The translations under genes and the position numbers were made by a program. Shown here one piece after another: positions 20,364 to 29,207 of a stretch of 64,000 nucleotides of DNA (position 1 is the first letter of the stretch; the number at the start of each line of letters is the position of its first letter). Below the pieces are notes generated by a model. It was not told the origin of the DNA, searched no databases, and saw only the letters and a list, made by a program, of their open reading frames with translations. The stretch is from an uncultured Actinomycetota bacterium (GTDB lineage: Bacteria > Actinomycetota > Actinomycetes > Propionibacteriales > Propionibacteriaceae): positions 75,577-139,576 of the forward strand of contig CAWILN010000004.1 in the NCBI GenBank assembly GCA_963836855.1. The letters run 5' to 3'.

Positions 20364-21380
20364 CTATGAGGACCCGGGTCCGCCCACGGCTCGAGTAACT
20401 CCAAAAGCCAGCCTTCGTACTGGGTACTCCATGCCCGCGACCACAGCCCGCGGCGCATCTTGGAGTGCGCTCTCCCAGGCGATCGCACGAGTAACGCAGC
20501 CGGTACTCCGCGCTAGTGCCACCCAGCGAAGGAGTTCTTCCCGGCTGCCCAGGTCGGTGAAGGGCTCGAGGTAGGCGTCCCAAATCCGCAGCACGCGCGG
20601 GTCGTCGATCCGCCCGGCGTCGTTCCGCACCCTTGCGTGGAAGGCGATCGAGTTCAAGGTGGCGAGCATCGTCCCGAAGGGATGTCCCACAGACGCGTCG
20701 CCCCAATCGATGATCCGCACTGAGGACAGATCGTCCACTTTCCCCGACCAGCAGACGTTGTTGGAGTGCAGGTCCTCGTGCTGCAGAGTGTCCGCCACCG
20801 GCGTGGCGGCGAGCTCGGCGCACCGGTAGTCGAGCCCCCGTAGTCGGTGCTCGAGGGCGGAGGCTTCGTCGGCGGTCAGCCCGCTGTCCTTGGTTGGCTG
20901 AGCGGCGAGTTCGGCGAGGAGCCTGCGGTACTCCAGAGGCAGCTGCGCTGGGCCCGGTCCGGGATTCCCGTTGCTAAGAGGCGGAGCCTGTGTTCGGCCA
21001 GGGCGAGCTGCGCTTCAGCGTATCGGGGCAGCAGTCTCTCCCAATAGGCCCACAACCGTCTGGCTCGGCTCTGGATCGGAGTGTCGGGCCGCCATCGCGG
21101 GTGAGCGACCATGCTCGCGCGTCGTCGTAGGCAACAACGTCAAGCGCCAGGCCTGGACAGATCTCACCGAGCAGGGCTAACAGTCCGGGTTCTTGTGCCG
21201 TCCCGCTGGCGTTGACCTTGAACCAGACCCGACCCTGGGTGGTCTCGAACCTGATGGTGCTCGACCAGACACGGCCGTGCGGCTGCTCCCACTCGCCGGG
21301 TAAGCCGGCCGCTGCGTGGTTCGAGCTGTGCCGCCACCCCAAGCCCGTACCTCCTCGACGAAGGCGCTGCTGGTCCACAA
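20364..21380 (-). pseudogene. Aminoglycoside/choline-kinase-type phosphotransferase (APH family), at least 4 frame disruptions
   Basis: Homology runs through three frames: WTSSAFVEEVRAW | VAAQLEPRSGRLT | GEWEQPHGRVWSSTIRFETTQGRVWFKVN...RSRAEPD | LWAYWERLLPRYAEAQLALAEH...IPDRAQ | LPLEYRRLLAEL...LQHEDLHSNN...IDWGDASVGHP. The shifts are near 21337-21340 (CCCC), 21298-21300 (GGG), ~21055 and ~20948. Confidence 0.75.
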
Positions 21381-21405
21381 CCCGACCCGATCTAGCGTCC
21401 CCCGC

Positions 21406-21798
21406 TCAGCGCTCAAGGAGTCTCTTGAGGGTTGCCAGGTCCGTCCGGATCGCCGTCGCGTCCGCCTCATAGTCGTCGTCCGACTGGTCCGCTCGGCGGC
21501 GAAGCGTGAATACCACCTCGCAGCCGGTGCCATCGGCGATCACACGCATCGGGTTGTCGAAGCTGGTTCCATCGGGCAGCCGTACCTCATGGTCGAGGAC
21601 GAAATGTGGGTTCTCCGGCACGATGATCACCTCGATCTCACCCATCGGTGAGTCGGCGAACCAATGTCCGTCCCGCTCCTCAATAGCGCCGCTTAGCCCC
21701 GCCGCCCAGTTCGGCAGGTTCGCCGGTTTCATCGCGTACGCGTAGACCTCGGCAGCCGGCCGCTCGATGTATGTGCTGAGGTGTTGCGACTCGCTCAT
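21406..21798 (-). CDS. SRPBCC-superfamily (polyketide cyclase/AHSA1-like) protein
   Basis: 130-aa ORF. The N-terminus STYIERPAAEVYAYAMKPANLPNWAAGL is typical of SRPBCC ligand-binding proteins. Confidence 0.6.
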   Translation of the reverse strand: MSESQHLSTYIERPAAEVYAYAMKPANLPNWAAGLSGAIEERDGHWFADSPMGEIEVIIVPENPHFVLDHEVRLPDGTSFDNPMRVIADGTGCEVVFTLRRRADQSDDDYEADATAIRTDLATLKRLLER

Positions 21799-22092
21799 TC
21801 CTCGACCCTAGACTCGCGCAGCGCAGGTGCGCACCACTACGCCGCTCGTTGATCCTGCTTGGGCAGTTTGATGGCGGCCCAACGCTTGGAGGAGCCATCT
21901 CTTGCGACGGGCTCATCGACGCACGATTCCTCATCTTCAGCGCCGTGATCATCCTTGTCGCGAGAGATATCGACCGTTTATCCGGCTTCGGGAAGGCCGC
22001 ACATGGGTAACGATCCGGCCACGGTGCAGTGGTATCCCCTCACGCTCAGCTGCTCTGCGCCAATCTGACGACACTCGAGTCTCGGAGGTTCT

Positions 22093-22467
22093 ATGAGCGA
22101 GGCCATGCAGCGGCGGCGAGGTCAGATGCCAGCTTGGCTGGTGTTTTCAGGGGTGGCTATTGGTGTCGTTGGAGCGAGCGTAAAAAAGCACGCCGAGAGC
22201 GTCGGCGAACTCGTCGGTCCACTAGGCAGTCGGACGAACATTTCGGATGTAGCGGTGGCTCTTGCGCTTGGCCATTGGGGCTTGGTGGTGCTTCTTGCTG
22301 GCGCTGCCGTGGTGCTAGCTGGGCTAGCAGTGATTGCACCCCCCGGCCGAACGAAGCAACGCTGTGCAATGGATCGCCAACGTTGCTCAGCAGCTTGCCA
22401 CGGCCTGACGCGGCTCCCTCCTTGCCCAAAGCCGAGCCGCCGGGTCAGTAGCGCCAGAGCGGCGTGA
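22093..22467 (+). CDS. Hypothetical small membrane protein
   Basis: 124-aa ORF with two hydrophobic segments. I recognise no family and the coding status is uncertain. Confidence 0.3.
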   Translation: MSEAMQRRRGQMPAWLVFSGVAIGVVGASVKKHAESVGELVGPLGSRTNISDVAVALALGHWGLVVLLAGAAVVLAGLAVIAPPGRTKQRCAMDRQRCSAACHGLTRLPPCPKPSRRVSSARAA

Positions 22468-22497
22468 GTCTGAGCCGCTGGCTGGCTCACGGCGCGA

Positions 22498-23484
22498 TTG
22501 TCCTGCGCAACACCGGAGCGTCTCCCACACTCATCCGCGACATGCGGTCAGATCGCAAGCTCAGGAGCACCGACAAGGCAGGATGAGCTCGTGGCCGCGA
22601 CGCTGCCGCCGGACCGTACGAGGCAGACTGCAAGCCGCCGTACGTCCGTCGGCCGCGCTCAGCTTCACGTGCGATGGGATCGAGTCAGCGTGCTCTTGGC
22701 GCTGGTCGCTGTGCTCGCCATGGTGATAACGCACGCCGTCGTCGTTGCCGTACGCGATGACCCGAAAGCTCCGGCCGAAGAGCCCGCACAGAGCCCGGCC
22801 TCCGACCATCTGGCCAACCCGCAACCCAAGTGCCCCAAGCCTGAAACTGGCATCGTCCGCACCGCACCGACCGTTCGTGATGAAGCCGACGCTGCAGCAC
22901 GAACCGTTGCACTGACCTTCGACGACGGTCCAGGGCCGGCGACGCCACAGGTGCTCGATGTGCTGCAGAGAGCGGGCGTGCGAGCCACTTTCTTCGTCGT
23001 AGGTCAGGATGCAGCCGCCAATCCAGAGATGCTGCAAAGAATCGTGGCCGGCGGCCATGTGCTCGGAGATCACACGTGGTCGCACCGCATGCCGAGCGCA
23101 TCAGCCGGTTGGAAGCGCAGCAGGCTGACCGGGGAAATCGAACACACCCGTCGCGCCATTCTCGATGCCACAGGACTCGAGCCATGTCTGTTTCGTCCAC
23201 CCGGCGGGATTGTGAAGGGTGCGAAGACTGTCGCTCATGCCGCGGGCCTCTCGATGGTCCTGTGGTCGGTTGACACGCGTGACTGGGCGCCATCCAAAGA
23301 CCGCGGGAAATTCCCGACGATCATCCGAAAGCGGGCTGCACTCGGGCTTACCGAGGAGCATCCGGTGATCTTGCTTCATGACGGTGGCGGGAATCGAGAG
23401 GCGACAGTCGCTGCGCTGCCAGAGATCATCAACGACTATCGCGCCCAGGGATACCGATTTGTCACCTTCGACGAGCCAACGTAG
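22498..23484 (+). CDS. Polysaccharide deacetylase (NodB homology domain) with N-terminal membrane anchor
   Basis: NodB motifs TFDDGP and HTWSH, with a TM segment VSVLLALVAVLAMVITHAVVVAV. The true start may be internal (for example the GTG near 22669). Confidence 0.8.
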   Translation: MSCATPERLPHSSATCGQIASSGAPTRQDELVAATLPPDRTRQTASRRTSVGRAQLHVRWDRVSVLLALVAVLAMVITHAVVVAVRDDPKAPAEEPAQSPASDHLANPQPKCPKPETGIVRTAPTVRDEADAAARTVALTFDDGPGPATPQVLDVLQRAGVRATFFVVGQDAAANPEMLQRIVAGGHVLGDHTWSHRMPSASAGWKRSRLTGEIEHTRRAILDATGLEPCLFRPPGGIVKGAKTVAHAAGLSMVLWSVDTRDWAPSKDRGKFPTIIRKRAALGLTEEHPVILLHDGGGNREATVAALPEIINDYRAQGYRFVTFDEPT

Positions 23485-23520
23485 CCATCCAATTAATCGC
23501 ACTCGTGTTCTAATAGATGG

Positions 23521-23850
23521 GTGAGGTTTGAGGCGCGACACATCGGCAGCGGGCGATGGGGCGTCTACGACGGGGGCGTGATGGGCTGGCGCGCTGTCGA
23601 TCTTGGAGAGGATGAGGCATGTCAGATGGCGATGGACATGGACGTGGTCTATAACCAGTACGGGCAACGAACAGCAGACGAGCGACGCGAGGTGCGGCCG
23701 CCGATCGAAGTTGAAACGGCAACATGGTCAGCCGCAGGGACTTTGGACTATTGGGTTCGCGAGCGCGGCGAATGGTGGGGACGCGTACGCGGGCCGGAAG
23801 GACGCCAGCTCTGGATCAGAGCCAAAGATCTGAGACCGACGGATAAGTAG
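23521..23850 (+). CDS. Hypothetical protein
   Basis: 109-aa ORF preceded by an AT-rich stretch (23490-23520). I recognise no family. Confidence 0.4.
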   Translation: MRFEARHIGSGRWGVYDGGVMGWRAVDLGEDEACQMAMDMDVVYNQYGQRTADERREVRPPIEVETATWSAAGTLDYWVRERGEWWGRVRGPEGRQLWIRAKDLRPTDK

Positions 23851-23871
23851 GCCCTTCGACAAGCTCAGGGC
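23851..23871. repeat. REP-like element half-site GCCCTTCGACAAGCTCAGGGC
   Basis: It starts immediately after the stop codon at 23848-23850, between convergent genes. Same family as 29092-29178, 35253-35340 and 38499-38559. Confidence 0.6.
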
Positions 23872-23898
23872 CCGTGATCGACCAGCCCTGGCCCGCAA

Positions 23899-24249
23899 TC
23901 ACAGGAGTCGGTCTTGCCTGGTGGTAGAGGCGAGTAAGTGGCGGGCTCGACGTCCAAGATCGTTGAGATCAACTCGGCCGGCCTCAGCTGCCGCCGCGAG
24001 CCGCGATGCCAGATCCAAAGCCTCATCGATGAGTGGCGCCTCCGTCACAGCCGCCTCCTGGCCCATGTCGCGGAGAATCGTCACCTCGGTGCGCGCGGCA
24101 ACGATCGGATCCTTGATGCCCTCAATCCACACCCTGGTTCGGTGGCCATCCCCCCGTTCGTCCCCGAGTAGGGGCTCAAGCGCATAGATGTGGTCTGATC
24201 GCGCGAACTTGCCAAAGCCGAGCGAGACCATCCGCGGTTCTGACGCCAC
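23899..24249 (-). CDS. Hypothetical protein with RemA/DUF370-like N-terminal region
   Basis: 116-aa ORF. VSLGFGKFARSDHIYALEPL...HRTRVWIEGIKDPIVAARTEVTILRDM loosely parallels the RemA pattern INIGFGNxxSANRxxxI...RRTRAVxxxDSxHxxLSAxQPETxxxR. Weak call. Confidence 0.4.
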   Translation of the reverse strand: MASEPRMVSLGFGKFARSDHIYALEPLLGDERGDGHRTRVWIEGIKDPIVAARTEVTILRDMGQEAAVTEAPLIDEALDLASRLAAAAEAGRVDLNDLGRRARHLLASTTRQDRLL

Positions 24250-24523
24250 GATCCGATCATGTCAGCCCGCATTACCGCGCGTCACTCGCCCTGCGGAACG
24301 AGAAGGTGGGCACGTCTCACCGGCAGCCGCTTTGTTCAAAGTGACCACGAAATGCCTCCAAATCAGCTACCGTGATTCGCGTTTGTGATCATTGCAGTCT
24401 GCGGTCGTTTCGCGCGACACGCCGATATCTCGGGGGACTCACAGCCGTCTCCGGGCCCCCTATGATCAAGACTGATCACATTAGTCACATGCTTCACTCC
24501 ATTAACGTCGAGCAGGAGTCGAC

Positions 24524-25222
24524 ATGAGCTATACCGCGGAGCCACAGGCTGACAAACTCGAACTCTGGACACAGGTCAATGTGGCCGGTGTCAAGTACCG
24601 GCGCCTTCCCCTGCACACCCGGTGGCTGGATGCGACTGACGATCTGGTGCTGGCGCTCAAGGAGAGCCTCAGGCTCGCCCGCCCAGGCGACACCGTTGGG
24701 GTCAGCGAGAAGGTCGCCATCCTGCTCACCGGTCGGACCGTGGACATCAGCACCGTGCAACCTGGTCGGATCGCTCGGTTCCTGGCTGCTCATGTCCGGC
24801 CGCGCACCGATTCGAAGGGGCTCGCAGTCCCCGAAAAGATGGAGTACGTCGTCCGTACTGTCGGCCTGCGGCGGATCATCCCGGCAGTAATCGGCAGTGC
24901 CGTCACTCGCCCGCTTGGGATGCACGGCACCTTCTATCGGGTGGCTGGATCGATCGCACGGGATGTCGATGGCGGGCGGCCGCCGTACGAGGCCGTGCTC
25001 TTCCCACCCTTGGACAGCAAGGTCGCACAAAAGATCTGCGCCGATCTCGAGCGGGCGCTGGATATCGGCGTCAGCATCGTCGATCTCAATGACTACGGCG
25101 GCTCGATCCGAGCGGTATCTCCACGATCACTGTCTGAGGAGACACTCGCTGCTGTGCTCAGTGACAATCCGTTGGGCCAACGACTCACGAGCACGCCATT
25201 CGTCCTCGTCCGACCCGCCTAA
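24524..25222 (+). CDS. F420-0:gamma-glutamyl ligase-like (CofE-fold) protein
   Basis: 232-aa ORF. RPGDTVGVSEKVAILLTGRTVDISTVQP...IGVSIVDLNDYGG resembles the CofE family layout. Assigned by resemblance only. Confidence 0.5.
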   Translation: MSYTAEPQADKLELWTQVNVAGVKYRRLPLHTRWLDATDDLVLALKESLRLARPGDTVGVSEKVAILLTGRTVDISTVQPGRIARFLAAHVRPRTDSKGLAVPEKMEYVVRTVGLRRIIPAVIGSAVTRPLGMHGTFYRVAGSIARDVDGGRPPYEAVLFPPLDSKVAQKICADLERALDIGVSIVDLNDYGGSIRAVSPRSLSEETLAAVLSDNPLGQRLTSTPFVLVRPA

Positions 25223-25256
25223 GACTCGCTCAGCCGGCTGATCCAAGTCGGATATT

Positions 25257-26828
25257 TCATCGTCGTCGGCGCGCCACCACATCGATGGCGTCGGTGAGCA
25301 GCTGTCGCTCGGGTGCGCGCAGCACGTAGAGGACGCCGATGAAGACTCCCAGCAGAACCAGTCCGACCGATGACACCAACAACAGCTCGCTGATCAAGCC
25401 CGTACCAACAACAGGGCCGAGCAGACGGTAGACCAAAGCGCCGGCAGCCGTGCCCACCGCCGCCGCAAGGGCCGTACGGCCCACCATCACAGGCAAGGTC
25501 CTGAGATCGACAGCCCGATGGCGTCGGGCAAGCAGCACCGTGTTGGCCACGGCTGCGAATACCACCGACAGCGAAGTCGAAGCAGCCAGTCCGGCGATTC
25601 CGTAGGTCAGGCCGAGTGTTAAATCGCCTACCACGTTGATGGACATGGCGAACACAAACACCAGCACGGGTCGACGCGAGTCGCCGAGCGCGTACGAGGC
25701 ACGCACCACCATCTCCCGCCATCCGAGAGCCAGCAGCGCTGGTGCGTACCACAGCATCGCGGTCGCCGTCCGCTGGGTATCGGCCGGAGTAAAGCTGCCA
25801 TGCTCGAAGAGCAGCGCGACCAACGGAACAGCGCAGACGATCAAGAAACCCCACACCGGCATCAGCACCGTGGCAACGGTCGACAAGCCGCGACCGACCA
25901 GGCGCCGCATCTCATCGAGGTCGCGGATGCCGGCAGCGGCGCCGAACGCGGGATAGAGCGCGGTCAGCAGGGACGCGACGAGTAGGGTCTCACCGAGCGA
26001 GATGACTCTCCAGGCATAGCTCAACGCCGAGATCGTTCCCTCACCAACCATCGAGCCGACGGCACGATCGACCATCGTGTTGGCGTTGCCCAGAGCACTC
26101 CCGATCAGCAGTGGTGGAATCAATCTCGCGATCGTTCGGAAGCCTGGGTCCTTGATGTCAAAAGAGGCACGTAATCGCAGACCCAGTGCACGAATGGGCA
26201 CCAACTGACACAGGAGCCGGGCTGCGGAGCCCACGACGAACCCGACCGCGAGGGCATAGACACCGTAACGAGGCCCGAACAGAACCGCCGCCGCGATCAT
26301 GATCAGGTTGAATGGAACACCCTGCATCGCAGACCAGAAGAAACGGCGATGGGCCTCCGCTGCAGCTGCGAGCAGGTTCGTGCCCGATATCAAGACAGTG
26401 GCAATCAGCACGATGCGGGTAAGCGAGGCAGCTAGCTCGGCTTGGGCCCCTTTGAACCCCGGCGCCAGCACGGTCACCACCGTGTTAGCCGCCAACGCCA
26501 TGATCAGCGAGCCGAGGCCGAGAACAAGCAGCGTCACCGTCAATACAACGGACAGGGTGTGAGATGCCTTATTCGAGTCGTGGTCGGTGCTGGTCTGTGC
26601 AGCGAGCACCGGCACTGTCGCCTTCGCCATTGCGCCGGCGACGAGTGCCAGCACCAGATTCATCAGGCCCTGAGCCACAAGATAGGCATCCAGCTGGGCG
26701 CCAGCACCGAACACGCCCGCAATCACGACATCGCGGCAGAAGCCGAGAATGGCGGAGAAGGCGGTCAGGACGGTCACCAGTGCAGCCGCTTGGGCAATCC
26801 CCGACCGTGCCTTCACGTCTAGCAACAT
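25257..26828 (-). CDS. murJ: Lipid II flippase MurJ (MviN family)
   Basis: Intact 523-aa polytopic ORF. The N-terminus GFCRDVVIAGVFGAGAQLDAYLVAQGLMNLV is typical of MurJ/MviN. Confidence 0.8.
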   Translation of the reverse strand: MLLDVKARSGIAQAAALVTVLTAFSAILGFCRDVVIAGVFGAGAQLDAYLVAQGLMNLVLALVAGAMAKATVPVLAAQTSTDHDSNKASHTLSVVLTVTLLVLGLGSLIMALAANTVVTVLAPGFKGAQAELAASLTRIVLIATVLISGTNLLAAAAEAHRRFFWSAMQGVPFNLIMIAAAVLFGPRYGVYALAVGFVVGSAARLLCQLVPIRALGLRLRASFDIKDPGFRTIARLIPPLLIGSALGNANTMVDRAVGSMVGEGTISALSYAWRVISLGETLLVASLLTALYPAFGAAAGIRDLDEMRRLVGRGLSTVATVLMPVWGFLIVCAVPLVALLFEHGSFTPADTQRTATAMLWYAPALLALGWREMVVRASYALGDSRRPVLVFVFAMSINVVGDLTLGLTYGIAGLAASTSLSVVFAAVANTVLLARRHRAVDLRTLPVMVGRTALAAAVGTAAGALVYRLLGPVVGTGLISELLLVSSVGLVLLGVFIGVLYVLRAPERQLLTDAIDVVARRRR

Positions 26829-26865
26829 AATGCAGCCAGGTCGGCTCCACCGGCGGAGAACACTG

Positions 26866-26887
26866 AGTGGGAGCCCAGGCTCCCACT
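26866..26887. terminator. Stem-loop AGTGGGAGCC-CAG-GCTCCCACT between the aminotransferase stop and the murJ start
   Basis: Perfect 9-10 bp GC-rich stem read directly. There is no clear U-tract on the minus strand. Confidence 0.3.
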
Positions 26888-26906
26888 TTCACAGCTCCTC
26901 AGACCT

Positions 26907-28094
26907 TCACGACATGGCGCGCACCATGCGCTGGACTGCGTCCGTGACGTGCTCTGGACTTGTCCCGAAGTTCAGCCGGACGAAGCCGGCGCCCTCGCGG
27001 CCGTAATCCAGCCCGCGACTGAGCGCGACCCGGCCTCTGCTGAGAAAGGTGGCCGCCGGATCCTCGCCCAGAGGTAGGGCTCGACAGTCCAGCCAAGCGA
27101 GATAGGAAGCCTTAGGTGGACTCCATGTGACTTCGGGAAGCTCGGCCCTCAGCAGCTGGCCGAGGAGCGTGCGGTTTGCTGCTAGCCGAGCCTGGACCGC
27201 GTCGAGCCAACGGTCGCCGGCCGTGAAGGCTGCTTCAGCAGCGATGATCCCGAGTATTCCGACCCGATCCGTCATGAGTGGTAGACGCCGCACCGCATCA
27301 TGTGCGCGATCGGATGCGGTGATCACGAGTGCCGCCTTGAGCCCTGCCACATTGAACGCCTTCGACGCCGAGGTGAGAGCAATGCCGCAGTCTCGCGCAG
27401 CCTCGGAGACCTCCAGCCACGGCGTGTGCGTTGCGCCCTCCAGGACCAGCGGGGCGTGAATCTCGTCGGCAAGCACCCACGCGCCGTACGTGAGGCACAG
27501 GTCAGCTATCTGCTCGAGCACCGGTCGTGGCACTATCTGGCCGGTCGGGTTGTGCGGATTTGCCAGGACCAGGACACGCACGCCGCCTGCCAGCACTGCC
27601 TCCAAAGCTTCCGTAACCATTGCTCCGGCGGTATCCAGCGGGAGTTGGACCAGCTCGACTCGGGCCTGTGGCAGTTCTGCAAAGAAGGGCGGGTATGCCG
27701 GGGTGAAGAACGCGACCTGCGCGCCAGGCTCTGTGAGAATCCGGCACAACTCGATGAGCCCGGCCATGACGTCCGGCATGAGGGTGACCTGTTCCGGATC
27801 GACGGTCCAGTGCAGCCGACGTTGTGCGAAACCCGCGAACGCGGCGCCAGTCTGGGCGGCAGTTGGCGCTGTGTAGCCAAGATCGTGACGATCCACCGCC
27901 GCATGCAGCGCCGCGGCGACTTCCGGTGCCAACGGAAAGTCCATCTCGGCAACCGTCAACGGAAGTACGTCGGGCGCATGGCCCGACCACTTCTCGCTAC
28001 GGCGCCGGTATAGCGTGCCCAGGTCCGGCACCTGCAGATCAATGGCACTGGTAGCCGGCGAGGTGGCCGCAGCAGCCCAATAGTGATCGCTCAT
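26907..28094 (-). CDS. PLP-dependent aminotransferase class I/II, MalY/PatB-type cystathionine beta-lyase
   Basis: Intact 395-aa ORF. It has EKWSGHAPDVLPLTVAEMDFPLAPEV and the PLP-lysine motif SASKAFNVAG. Confidence 0.8.
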   Translation of the reverse strand: MSDHYWAAAATSPATSAIDLQVPDLGTLYRRRSEKWSGHAPDVLPLTVAEMDFPLAPEVAAALHAAVDRHDLGYTAPTAAQTGAAFAGFAQRRLHWTVDPEQVTLMPDVMAGLIELCRILTEPGAQVAFFTPAYPPFFAELPQARVELVQLPLDTAGAMVTEALEAVLAGGVRVLVLANPHNPTGQIVPRPVLEQIADLCLTYGAWVLADEIHAPLVLEGATHTPWLEVSEAARDCGIALTSASKAFNVAGLKAALVITASDRAHDAVRRLPLMTDRVGILGIIAAEAAFTAGDRWLDAVQARLAANRTLLGQLLRAELPEVTWSPPKASYLAWLDCRALPLGEDPAATFLSRGRVALSRGLDYGREGAGFVRLNFGTSPEHVTDAVQRMVRAMS

Positions 28095-28146
28095 CAGTGT
28101 GTTAAGAAGGGCGCCGACAATGTCCTAGCGGCCTTGCGTCTTGAAT

Positions 28147-28356
28147 TTACCGGAGGTCCTCGTCCTCGCCATAGACCACGGTTTCCTGCTCGGCCAGGTC
28201 GGCCTCGTCGACCTCACGAATGCCCCGACCGACGCTCACGGGCTTGGTCTGCCGCTCGGCCTCGGCCTCGGCTAGCGGGTCAGCATCAAGGGTCTGTTCG
28301 GCCCAGTCGGCCTCGGGGACGTCCTCGGGCGGGGTGTCAGGGCTGGAAAGGGTCAT
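28147..28356 (-). CDS. Small acidic hypothetical protein
   Basis: I prefer the internal ATG at 28356 (MTLSSPDTPPEDVPEADWAEQ...EADLAEQ...). The repeated EAD(W/L)AEQ acidic motifs resemble small acidic actinobacterial proteins. Confidence 0.4.
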   Translation of the reverse strand: MTLSSPDTPPEDVPEADWAEQTLDADPLAEAEAERQTKPVSVGRGIREVDEADLAEQETVVYGEDEDLR

Positions 28357-28689
28357 CGGCGCCTCATGACGGTCACAGTTCTCGATCAAGGTCTGGTCCT
28401 CACCATATGCCTGCCCAATTAATCCGATTGCGCGGCCCAGGGACAGTTGCATCACCTGATCAAGGAATACATCGCGAGGCGATGTGGTTTTGGAGCCGAG
28501 AGGAGGTGCCCACCTTGTACATGATGACGACGACTCCGAAGACGCGGCTTAGCCGCGCTGACGCGGATCGGGTGAGCGCGCCCCTCGACTGCGTCGCGTA
28601 GCGCGCCACTCCTTCTGAAGGAAAATCCCCGTTACTGATGGGCTTGGGCGCCCATGTCGGCGCGCCCTCGCCGAGTCAATTACGCCTAC

Positions 28690-28925
28690 ATCACTTACTG
28701 CTAGCTGCGAGCGTCGGGAATCGCGCGCCCCGCGTGCTGAGCCAGGCTGGCGCGCCGCTGTTCTGGACGAGCGAGCGTGCAGACACGCATTTCGTCTGCG
28801 AGCGAGCCAGGAAGACAGCGGCTAACAGTGCCAGCCTCAGCGAGCGGAGCGAGCAATTTACGCGGAGCGAGCGAGGGGTTCTTCCTCGGCGAGCGACGAA
28901 CTAGGCGGATCAAGAGCACGCGATG
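28690..28925. repeat. Two diverged units of the structured repeat family
   Basis: CTGCGAGCGTCGGGAATCGCGCGCCCCGC... and ...GCGGAGCGAGCGAGGGGTTCTTCCTCGGCGAGCGACGAACTAGGCGGATCAAGAGCACGCGATGCGCGAGG align with blocks of units 54401-54635. Confidence 0.65.
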
Positions 28926-28955
28926 CGCGAGGAGCTTTTTAGAAAGGAAACAGCC

Positions 28956-29117
28956 ATGTTTGAGCAAGAGTACCGATCACAGGAGCAGATCAGTCGCGAG
29001 GCTGCAGAACGCTCCGCGATCATGGTCGCAATCGCGGCGCGTAAGGCTGAGGCCAAGCGCGTACGCAAGCAGAAGCGCCGCCGCTTCATGCGGGCTGAGC
29101 CTGTCGAAGCCCAGTAG
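28956..29117 (+). CDS. Small basic hypothetical protein (53 aa)
   Basis: ATG at 28956 follows AGAAAGGAAA. The last codons overlap a REP-like half-site. Coding status is uncertain. Confidence 0.3.
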   Translation: MFEQEYRSQEQISREAAERSAIMVAIAARKAEAKRVRKQKRRRFMRAEPVEAQ

Positions 29118-29178
29118 TGCCGGCTGAGAGTGCTAACTGAGCTGTGAGCGCGGATCCGCCCTTCGACAGGCTCAGGGC
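29092..29178. repeat. REP-like inverted pair GGGCTGAGCCTGTCGAAGCCC ... GCCCTTCGACAGGCTCAGGGC (45-nt spacer)
   Basis: Read directly. It lies between convergent genes 28956..29117 and 29208..30842. Confidence 0.65.
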
Positions 29179-29207
29179 GCGTCTCCGTTGCGCCCAGGAT
29201 TCACTGA

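Noticed and set aside
28480-28606. Short ORF (LYMMTTTPKTRLSRADADRVSAPLDCVA) preceded by GAGAGGAGG.
   Set aside because: It has a good RBS-like sequence but only ~28 codons, no recognisable family and nothing to test it against here. It is too weak to call as a gene.
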